Assembly: GCA_964057225.1 (NCBI GenBank)
Contig: OZ059898.1
Span: 15,686,001-15,750,000 of the forward strand
Reading direction: 5' to 3'
Origin: Auanema rhodensis
Taxonomy: Eukaryota; Animalia; Nematoda
DNA: 64,000 nucleotides
The notes beneath the pieces were generated by a model, which saw only the letters and a program-made list of their open reading frames with translations, searched no databases and was not told the origin of the DNA. The translations under genes and the position numbers were made by a program. Positions 38,844 through 50,040 of the stretch are shown piece after piece; the first letter of the stretch is position 1; every line of letters begins with the position of its first letter.

Positions 38844-39531
38844 CCGACAACTCAGACTTCAGCTGTTTGCTACTTCTTCGTTAGGATTTTCAGCACTATG
38901 CATTGCTGATATTCATTTTTTTTCTTTTTTTTTCTGTCAAACATTTCTTTTTTCTTTTAATCAATTCATATTATTTTATTGATCTTATTGCTTTCAAGAG
39001 TTATGTTGAAGAGAGAGGGAGAGAGAGACACACACACAAAAGAACGAGAGAGAATTTATGCGACAGAGGGAAAGAGAATGAGGGAAAAGAGGACACACAT
39101 AGAAGAAAGAGAACCAGAAAGGATGAGAGACAGTAGAATATGTTTAATGCATGTTTCTCGTTTCTTAAGATTTCTCCAGCTTCTTCCGCTTATGAACAGC
39201 CCCTGAAATTCAAATTAGATCTTTCTTCTGCTCTATCTCACTTTTTTTTTCGTGTTCACCAGAAAATTGCCTACAATGCATTTCTCAGAAAGGTAGAAAT
39301 AGTTTTTTTTATCTTTAATATTCAGTCTATTCTAGCTTTAACCATGTTCGTACATATTTCCGCTTTTACATTTATGAATTTCGTATCAGTTATGACGGCA
39401 TCATGTTTTATCAAATCTTATTCAGGCAGATGTGTGGACGGTAATACGCGATACTACAGTGGCTATACTAAGCCCAATTAACAATTTTTAACATATTCTC
39501 ATCTATATATTGAACTTCCTACAACGTGATC

Positions 39532-41228
39532 ATGACAAGCGTATGGTGGGATCTAGCTATATCCGGTGTTAACCATTCAATTATTGGCAATGGAGGAGAT
39601 GATTGTCTGAATGTAAGTTTGAACAACATATCAAACATCTTTCCTTTTCTTCTTCTTCTTCATCGTTTTTGAATTTGATTTGAATATTTCTGATAGAGCT
39701 AACTTCTTTCCAATTCCCAAAAAATCATCAATTTACATTTTTTTTCGCAGCAAAGTGTATTTGCGAATTTAATTTATATTTTTTGCATTGAATTGGAAAC
39801 AAAGTTGTGAAAAACCTGTATGCAACAAAGATTCAGCTTGAAGCTTTCATCAACTTTACCAACTTATTTAGTTTTACAAATTGTTTTAAAGTATAAATGT
39901 TCTATGTTTAATTCATTCTATTTATTGGCTATAATGATGATGATGATGTTGATTTGAGTACATGTTTCACTTAAGCTTATCCATTTTCAGTATGTTCCGG
40001 GATGGCAAAGATCTCTAGAGACGATGTTGTTTGTACCATTGGCTATCTGGATGGCTTCAATGTCTTTCCCATACCTTGACTGTTCCTTCTCCAAACGTCC
40101 ACGAGACTATTCTCGTTATACCGTACTTACCGTATACAGCCTCATATTCGGAGCTGAGCTAGCTTTTAAGATGATTTCAAAGTATTATTCATTTTTATTT
40201 AATTCTTTTTAATTATTTCTATTCAGAACCGGTATTTTTTTATTGAATCCGTGTCATATAACTACAACTATGCAATTGATATTGTTATCTAAAGATGCTA
40301 ATGATAAGTAAGTTCAAGTCAAGTTTATTCTACTTTTCTCGAAACTTAGAGCCAACCTTTTAGACGCGTTTGTTTCTTATTCCGACTTCATCTCTACTTT
40401 GTTCCTGGTGCATTTTTTGCTTTAGCTTTTCCAATTCTGAACACAAGAATGGTTAGTTCATTGTTATCTCTTTTTCATCCTCATTTTCCTCTTTTTATAG
40501 TTACCAGGAGAAGTTTTCATTTACTATGCTCAACATATAGCTATTATACTTGTCCCAATCTATCTGATGTATTTGAAAGGTTTGTTATTCATCTTCTGCA
40601 AAAATATCTTTTAATCTTGATGTTTAGGAGCATTTGAACCTGAAAAAGCTCAAGATTTTACGTGGACGGTGTTTGGCTTGTCAGTATTTTTATTCTATCA
40701 CTTTGCTGTTTTGCAAGCTACAGCTATCGTAAGTTCTTTCTATTCTGTTATCTTTTTGCTTCAAAAAAAAAAACAAAAACGAATTTTTTTTCTGTAAAAT
40801 CATTGATTATTCTTAAAAGTTTTTTTGTTTTCAAAGTTTTAATATTAAATATTTCAATTTTAAGGTTTATGTATATAATTAAAGTTTTGATACATTTTTC
40901 TCAACTTTTAAACTAAATAACTTATCAAAAATTCGTAAAAATACACATGAATATCAATGATACAATTTTGAATACTAATCTTTAAATTTTTTTTTGTTGC
41001 ACATTATAATTATATAAAAATATATATTTATATTTTCAGTATTCTCGGGTAAATCTGAATAACATTATGTGTCCAGCTGTGTCTGATCCATTCCAAACAA
41101 GAGCCTACCGTATCATTGCTGTCGGTCATCAATTTCTACTGATTCCCATTATTTCTAAAACATTTTCTTCAATCGCTACTACATGTTGCGATATTCTGGA
41201 TGAGATATGGCCAAATAAGGATGATTAA
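39532..41228 (+). CDS. TMEM164 family membrane protein
   Basis: [67 protein letters not shown], ending WPNKDD*. Confidence 0.92.
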
Positions 41229-42569
41229 TACACTTTGTTCATCGGATACTCGGATAACAGAGCTGTTGAAAGCGAACGAAGCGTCTGTCAGATCTTCTTC
41301 TGTTTCTTATTTCATCATGCTACGTACGAAATTTTGTTTAAATTTGATTTTTTTTTATTTACTTTTCATCTTTCAACCAATATTTTCATTTAATTTTACA
41401 ACATTTACTACCTTCGACTGTTAAGTAATCCGCTTTCTCTCTCTCTCTATCTCTCTCTCTCTCTCTGTCCCTCTTTCTGGCTCTGTCCTCTCTACATATA
41501 TGAAATATGTGGTGTTTTTTCTTAAAATTTTCCATGGTTGTTGTTGACACATTCAGAAACCAGTGACATTATTTGAATACAATTTGCTTGATATAGCACA
41601 ACTACTAGTTCCAAATTATTATTTTTTCTGTTTCTCACAGAAATTTTTTTAATTTTTTTTTCAAAATCAAAACTTTTCAAACAAAATGGAAAAGAAATAC
41701 AGTACGGCTCTTCTTGTAGATCAGATGTTTTAATTCATCTTAGATGATGTATGTTCTTGTTTATTTGTTTTTTGCAACTCAAAACGAAAGTATGTTTGTC
41801 AACTGTTTAACTGCAACTTTCATCTCTAGTCGTATATATCTGTGATATTGTGAGTTTTCTATATGAAAATTCGTTTGCCATTTAAAAAGATTTGTATCAT
41901 AGATTAATAAAGAAAATTAAAGTTTCTATTTCAAACTTAATTTGTCTAAACTTGCCATATTGAAACTTAGCCTTCTTTATGTCTAGCGAAATATTCAGTT
42001 TGAGGATTTAACGAAGAAAATATGAATAGAGTCATCATTAGCAACACCGAGTCAATAGAATTGCCTTCTTCACTCAATAACTGCGTTAATCCATTTTCAA
42101 TGAAATAGCCAGCAATCGCAACCTAGTATGATATTCAACTTCATAATTTTTCAAAATAAATTTATACGATATTCTATATATAGATATCACCAGGAAATAC
42201 TTGATCTAATAAATTACAATTCTTATAGCTGAAGCATTAACAGCTTAACATAGCAGCATTGGCAGGAAACTGTCGGAAGGCAAGATTATGTGGCCATTCA
42301 GAAAACAACATAAAATCAAATATGACAATTGAGAAAAGACGAATCGGAGGCACATGAGGTCATCGAAATCTAGCATCAATAAGTTGAACAAAGCAATATT
42401 GAATATGAGACGGAAAAAAACATTATAGTTAGCATAATTTGATGAATGAGCGTGTTAACTGTGGCTCATTTTCTTGCAAATGTCGTATTGCTATTGTGTT
42501 AAATAGTTCAAAGAAGATGGAAAAGGAAGGATTGAAGAAGTCAATGAGGCACCAAATGAAATGGTACCA

Positions 42570-42573
<4 letters not shown>

Positions 42574-42620
<47 letters not shown>
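42574..42620. repeat. (AG)n microsatellite
   Basis: Read directly from the sequence. Confidence 0.92.
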
Positions 42621-42623
<3 letters not shown>

Positions 42624-42716
42624 ATTACTTGTTAACTATATTGTTGGATTACAATATGATATATAAAACTTCTAAAAATAACTCTATGATTAACATAAAC
42701 ATTGGATAAATATATG

Positions 42717-44669
42717 TTATACATATATTAATAATTGAGTTAATAATATAGAAAATATTGTTAAAATTGGAAATGAAAATTGATTTCCAGTTGAAACGAG
42801 GCCTTTACCATTTGCGTAGCAATACTTTCTTTCTTTACATATACATTCCTTAATATCTAACACCTTATGAAGCCTGAAATTAGAATTTGAAAACTGTGAG
42901 AAATTAGATTTTCCGTTTTGGAAATTTTCAAGAAATCGCACTCACTTCGTGCACGTGTTCTCAGGCTGTTCATCAAGCAACTTAGTGTCAATTGCTCCAA
43001 AGTTTTCTGCGCATCCTCGCAATACGAAAGAAGCTCCTAAGAGTGAAGCAACATAAGAAAATTAGTTGAAAGGTTTTTACCTTCATTCTGATCTACAAGT
43101 GCTAATGTTTGACAATATCGATGTTTGCATGATTGTTTATGAAGTTTGGAGAAATTTCTTGCACTAACACATTCAGGAGTTGCAACTTCTGGAATGATGT
43201 CATCATGAACTATTATGCTGTCGTAATAGTTATTAATTCAAGTTTTTAGATTGTTATTTGAAAAAAAAATGAAACCTGTAGGATATGTTGTTCGACGGAT
43301 TTTCAAAAATTCTCTAATAGTCTTCTTCATGGCTGTCGATAAATGCTCAATGGGTGATGTACAATGATAGCACCAATTTTCTTCTTCGATAATTGGATCA
43401 GAATATTCTGAATTGAATAAAAGTTTAAATGAAATCAATATAAAGTGCCAGTTAGTTTTATGAAGTTTCTGAGTACAAAATTGAATTTTGAAGACTTTTT
43501 CTTTATAAACTTGACATAAGAAAAAGGTAAATAACAACCGAAATGACAATATAACTATTTGCATATAATAGATTCAATATTCTATTATAGAATTAGTTTG
43601 TCATGACTATACAGTACTATTCAAATAAATTTTCTTCGACAAATCTCAAAATACTTTGAACAAACCTTTTTCCTTCATACTCATTTCGGATTTTGTATTA
43701 TCTAACATGCTACTACTCTTGAATGAGTATTTTCTTCGAGCTTCATCTCTATAATAAATTAACATAATAATTAAAATAATTATATATATATATATATTTC
43801 AATAATATTTCAGCTTAATCACATATATCTTGTTCAATATAATAGTTTACCTTTGTTGTTTCAACTGTTGAGCTCTCATTTCAGATTCAAATTCTTTCTT
43901 CTCCTGTTCAATTATCTGGAATTTTTTATTGTAAATTAATAGAAAAAAACTTTTAGTATTGTTCTTATTCTATATTTTTCACTAAATGAACTATCAGATC
44001 TTGTATTATATTAAAAACAGGACAATTTAAGATTAAGAAATGTAACTCGACGCTAACCGGTTTGTTAAATCTCGCCAGTGACTCTAACAACTCGAAAATG
44101 TGTGGAAATAGTAATATAGTTAAGTACTTGATGTTATAAAAATACAATATAAATATAAATATTATGCTTATGATCTTAGTCATTTCTAAACGAAATTAAG
44201 GATTTTTCTTCTAATTTCATTATATATCTATTTAAAAATTACTAATTAGTTCCCACTTTCTGGCTTAGAGAGCAATGCTCTCCGTCTGATGTCAATTTGT
44301 GTTGAAAATTCACAAATTGTTTCAGAAATATAATTCTATGAGTGAATTGATTCAAGGGAAAGATGAAAAAACTAATTTTCGAGACCGAAACTAGCAATTA
44401 CAAGTTTTTAGACATTTCTGAAGATTGTTAACAGCAAGCAAATACTAACGAAAGTGGGCAAGTGTTTCAAGATCACAATACTCCCAATAGAAATTACGGT
44501 TTTAAAGGTTTACAAGAAATTATGATCATCATGAAAATCTGCTTACCATGGCTATCCTCTGAGCCTCATCTTGCTCTGTCCATTGAATGGAAGCAGAACT
44601 ATGACTAATAGATAGACTCCAGAAAAATAAGAAAGAGAACAGTATCTGCCTGAGTAGTAGACGAGGCAT
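42717..44669 (-). CDS. Ly6/uPAR (three-finger, quiver/sleepless-like) surface protein, probably GPI-anchored
   Basis: Seven in-phase exons: signal peptide MPRLLLRQILFSFLFFWSLSISHS, a charged helical region, a 10-Cys domain (WCYHC...SCKHRYC...VLRGC...ECICKERKYCY) and a hydrophobic C-terminal tail. Confidence 0.82.
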
Positions 44670-46848
44670 GACTGTTCTATGACGAAATTTAGATAATTTC
44701 TTCCTATAGGAGTAAGCAAGTATCAAATAAACTAATATGAGCTTAGTACCAGACGCAAGCAGAGAGTACGATAGACAGTACTTAGTCGAACAGTCGCCAA
44801 CTGTGTGACTGCCCTCTTCGATCAATATGCAACTCCCCTATTGGCCCCTCCTTTTTCCCTCATGACCATACATGGAAAACGGTCGGCCGCTCGACCAGTT
44901 GTCGCCGATAACGACGCCGCCCTATGCTCCCTCTATTCTCTTCTGATGTGAATGTTATGTTGACGTATTTTTGACCTTCAGGCCGAGAACCTCGGAACGA
45001 CCATGAGCCATGAAGAGAGGACACCTAACCTAACCTAACCTACCTCTATCACCTTCATCTTCTTCGTGCCCTCATGTGAATCTGCGCATGTCTGTGTGAG
45101 TATGGTAATTATGATAGAAGGCTATACCATTTGGTCAGATCGAGAAACATTGAAGAATGAGGATAGAAAAGGTAAATGAGGTGATCCACCAAATCTGATA
45201 AGAACATTTCCAAGAGGCAACAGATTTGGTGTAATTCATCACATCCTTCACAGGATTATTGATACTCCGACCGTTTGCAGACATCTGACAAGCCATAGGC
45301 TACGATGCACCGATAAAATCCCTTTCAACCAGCAGGCATCCCGGATATGTTGGTGTTATAAAGATTGACTGTAGGGATGTCTTGCTATACTCTTTCAAGA
45401 AAGAGATAAAATTTACAGCATTTTTCATCCATTTTAAATCCTTATTTTCGTATTCACAGCTTGGTTAAACTATGGCAGTCGGATTATGTTAATCTCTCTT
45501 CCGGAAACTAGTAATCAAACTGGCAAGAGCTAAACTTTAATCAACACTTTGTATACGAATATATAATATTATACTTCTTCATCTGTCAGAACATTCCAAT
45601 ACAAAACGCAATTATGCTACCAGACAATAGTGAATTTGATGCCTATGCCCATAACTAATTAATATAACAACCTTAACATGCCAAGGTTCATGTAAATATA
45701 TTCATATATTTGACATAAATAAAACTACGCGTAACGTTGAAGTGATTGAAAATATTCATTCAACAAGAGAAGGGTTAATGAGCCAAGGCTTTTTTTAAAC
45801 CCAAAAAAAACAGAAAATACTGATTTAACCGAAAGATACATGATTTTTCAGATGAAAGTCGCAATTAAGACCAAAGCATTTCATCCGACAAAGAAGACTA
45901 TCCTCGAAAACTGACACATACCTTCAGAAATTCCTATATTAGAAATAAAACAAGAAAGTGTCATATAACATATATGTATATTTTCCAAAAATGTATGAGA
46001 AAATCATCTTCACGGTCATCAGTTTGCATAATTACCGATCATCTCCATGCATGTCGTTTCAGATGAGATATTCATCTTACTTTCACACTCTCATCTTCTT
46101 CATTATTCCCAAACCCCATACAAAAGAATATCTACTTATCCATGCTTAGGGCTGGACGACACAAAATTGAGTTTTTCATAATTCTCACAACATATTTTGA
46201 GCTCAGGATCACATCTCGTAACATTACATTCTCTATAAAAGCGACCAATGGAATAACAAAATTAATACATAAACAAGAACAACAAAAAAGAAAAACACCT
46301 CCAGGGCCGTCCAATTGATAAATTTCATTTTCAGCGGGTGCAACCGGTTTCAAACATTATGATGTTAAAATGAAATGTAGCGTAGTATTAAGTATTCGTA
46401 TGCTAATTTGTTAATGACGCGGAATGGTTCTTCTTTAAGTTAAGATTTATAAACGTGATTAAGAAGCTTTACTTCTAAGGCACGGTAATCAGTTTAATCG
46501 AAGGTATATTACAAACAAGCAGACCAGACCATATATAAGAGCAAAGAAAATTTATATAAATATGATTATAAGAACATACACGTATAAACCGTTTCATAGT
46601 TAAATTTTTTACATTTTCATTTGCAGCGGTTCAGGAGAAAACGCATGGGACAAAAAAACATTGAACACGCTTGATCCCCGCAAGCAGTAGAGATAGTCGG
46701 GCAGAGAAATTTGGGTAATTATTAGAACTATAAATCGCATGCTAAGTTTCCAGAATACCCACAGGGAGTAAGATTCCATTACCATCTACGTGAAACCCTA
46801 CCGGGGATAACCAATGGAATATAATACTCGTATGATCCCTACACTCAT

Positions 46849-47806
46849 TTACAATTTTGAAGCTGCTCCTTTGTCCAAAAAGAAACGAAGATGGTTATTG
46901 TGCGGCCTCACCAAAGAAGCTGGATAGGCAGGATCTCGTTCAATGACATTCTATAACGTATATTAATGATAAAAAACTATCCATCTTTGCGAAAAATACC
47001 TTCACCATATCTGCCTTATCTTCTCCGTTAATGATGAAAGCAACATTTTTAGCAGCATTAATGCAATGAAGAGAAATAGTAACACGCTCTGGTGGTGGCT
47101 TAGGAGAATCGTTAAGGTGAAGAATCCATGGTTTAAAATCAGCCTTTAAAATTTGAAAATAACAGAGAATACGGGACTTTCAGCATACTTTCAATAAACG
47201 ATGATTGGGGAACAAACTACATGTATGGCCATCAGGACCCATACCCAAGAATAAAACATCAAACCGAGGCACACCGCCCATAAGTTCTGGCATGATTTGT
47301 TGTCTTAGTGTTGTCTCGTACTGTTGAGCTGTTCGGGGTACTGCAAGAAAATTCCGATAAGAAAGATAAACCGAACAATTATTTACATGTTTCACTGATC
47401 TGAAGGGGAATCACGTACTGATGTAAGTGGGATGGAAGCCTGTCAATATATTGACGATAGTTACTATCCTCATGAGAAAGGGGGACAACTCTTTCATCAA
47501 CCTGAAAACAGCACATAATAATGAATTAAACGGAAAAAAACTACCATGAATATCCTAATTCTACTCCATTCAAATCTCTCTAGTGATTTGAAAATATCGC
47601 ATAAAACACCAGGCATAGATCCACCTGAAATAAAACATCAAGTAAAATATTTCTCAAATCATAAACAAACCAGACACACCAATAGATACAAGCCCATTAA
47701 GTTGGAGTAGGGGTTTAACAGTCTCGATAAAATATTGTTTTAATTTCAACCGCAGATCTTCCGGTGAACTAGTTACAGTGGTCACTACTTTATCCTTCAC
47801 AGTCAT
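46849..47806 (-). CDS. 6-phosphogluconolactonase
   Basis: IGVSGGSMP, VDERVVPLSHEDSN, FDVLFLGMGPDGHTCSLFP, DSPKPPPERVTISL, ending GAASKL*. Confidence 0.95.
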
Positions 47807-47984
47807 CCTAAGAAAAATAAAGAATAGAAGCATATAATACAAATAATTTGGTAAATATCAATTAAACGAATTAACGTCAAGTATAAATACATATTAAAAA
47901 ACGAAAAAAAACAAATGTACTGTTCAAATACAACAAGTAAATACCCGCAATGAAAATAACAAGTCAGTGACAACAAAGTAAAAT

Positions 47985-49189
47985 CTATTCCTCCATTTCG
48001 CTCTGGATTTTAGAGACAACTTCTTCAACAATTTCAGCAGCAACGTCTGGCCTAGCGAGCGAGAGCACCTTAATGTTAGCGAGATAAGAAAAGGAGAATA
48101 TCACAGCAAAATTACATTGAATCGTAGTGACGTTTCATAGGCTTGCATTACAGTAGTATCGTAAACGTAGATACAAGCATCAGCCAAGATTCGAACACAT
48201 TCAGCAAGACGAGCCATAGTTTTCCGAGTCTCAAGAGAGATAACCTAAAAAAAATGCATAAAAAAACCAAATCTCGCCACAAACCTCTTCTAAATTTTGA
48301 TTGTATCCACCGTCGGGATCTTCACTCAAAGCGGGAGATACCCAAACAAACCCATTACAACCAATTATAACTGCAGCGCCGCATGGCAGAGAGTGGAAGT
48401 GAGTTTTTCTTCTTTTAACAAGATAAGATGGAATCTAAACAATTTGTTAAAACAACATATTTGAAAAAAATTCGCACCTTAACAAGCATACCCTGAGCAA
48501 GTTTACCATATTTCAAGTTTCTGGTATGTAAATTAATAAGACCATCATGATTAACTTGTTGAACTTCAGCACTCACTATATCTCCTTCTTTCAAATATTC
48601 TCGCATCATCAATTCGTCCTAAATATTGAGCTTATCTTTCACTGATAAGAATGACAACGGAAAAATACCTCAACACTTTTTCTTCGCAATTCACCTCCTG
48701 GCAAGTTGACGCTGCTCAAAGGCAAGTTACTATCAAGACGAGAATTTGTATCTAACTTTAAAAAGAATAATTGTTGAATAAGAGCTAAGAAAACTCACTT
48801 TCCAACGTTTTTGCTGAACATCCGTTACACGTCCTACAACTACATCTCCTACTTCTCCGCTATATCTAAATATCTCAAGCATATACCTAAATTCTTGCGA
48901 AAATATTGAACCTGCTCTTTATGGACTTAACAGACACCAAACGATTTACTTGCTGCACAGTTCCAGCCAAGGAAGCTATAAGATCCTCACCCTTCATGTA
49001 TGTTCCATGTCCTCTAAAAAATAAGAAATAAAACGGTAAAAGGTATTTGAATACTTGCCTCATAAAGCCAGAAGTCGTGGATACTGCATTTCCGGGAGCA
49101 ACTAACTTTTCTATCAAACCAGGTCGCTCAACATTTGAAAGGACACGACTCGCAGAAACATTCGGTGGTCCTATAATATCAGTGGACAT
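47985..49189 (-). CDS. exos-2: Exosome cap subunit RRP4/EXOSC2
   Basis: GFMRGHGTY, RYSGEVGDVVVGRV, LSSVNLPGGELRRK, YLKEGDIVSAEVQ, LHTRNLKYGKL, IIGCNGFVW. Confidence 0.95.
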
Positions 49190-50040
49190 TCTAAATTATG
49201 ATATAATAAAGAAAAAAAACGGAAATATTTGAATTATATATATGAAGAAGAATATGACTTCTTTGTGTAATATGGCTCAATAATATAAGTAAACTTTATA
49301 AACTTTCAACATAGTACGGCACAACACAACCATCAACTTTAAACGATAAAGGTTGCACTTGAGGAAAAAAGAGAACCTAAATTGTTAGTTAACAATTAAT
49401 GTATAAAACATTGCCTTTCGATGACAGAATGTTGTGTACGTAAGATAAGAAGGAAAGGATGTTTCAAAGCAAAACAGGAGCACAAAAGAGACAACTCCAA
49501 CCAAATTAAATGTATATGGAGCGCGAATATCAATGAATCAAGTCGAAATTCATGTTCGACGACAACCACCGGGCCAACCGACTAAACATTTTTATACGAA
49601 TAAAATCCAAAAAAATTAAAAATCTAATATTAGCTAGGTCGTGTGGTAAAACTGCAAACAACACCACATCGATATTGGGATAATACTGAAATCGGAAGAA
49701 GTCGTGCTGAAACTAGAGAGGGGAAAATATGATGGGTAAGGTACTTCACCATTTTGATTAGGGAACTAACACAAAGAGTGAGTCAGACCCGGAAAAGGAA
49801 ACAAAAAGGACCGGCAGTGGTTGTGCCTATAACTTAATTTCTACCTCAACAGGTTTAGGCAAAAAAAGATATATATAGATATATATATATAGGAATTGAA
49901 ATACAAACGTTCCAAATGCTGAAATAAGAAATACAAACAATTAGATGCCAATAAAACCACAAGAATGATATTCCCAATATGCTCACACTGAAATGTGGCT
50001 ATTTAAATAAACAAATTAAAACATGGCCAGCATACTTGTC

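Noticed and set aside
42278-42296. miR-72-like AGGCAAGAT
   Set aside because: Diverges after 9 nt and has no pairing arm.
45024-45042. (CCTAA)n as an interstitial telomere
   Set aside because: Fewer than four units and not the usual nematode TTAGGC unit; treated as a short microsatellite.
46707-46721. 14/15 match to the SL1 leader core on the minus strand (TAATTACCCAAATTT)
   Set aside because: Lacks the GGTT start and the GAG|GT donor, so it is not an SL RNA gene.
49823-49861. let-7-like TGAGGTAG within a hairpin on the minus strand
   Set aside because: The seed falls largely in the loop and the hairpin is only about 40 nt, which is not pre-miRNA geometry.
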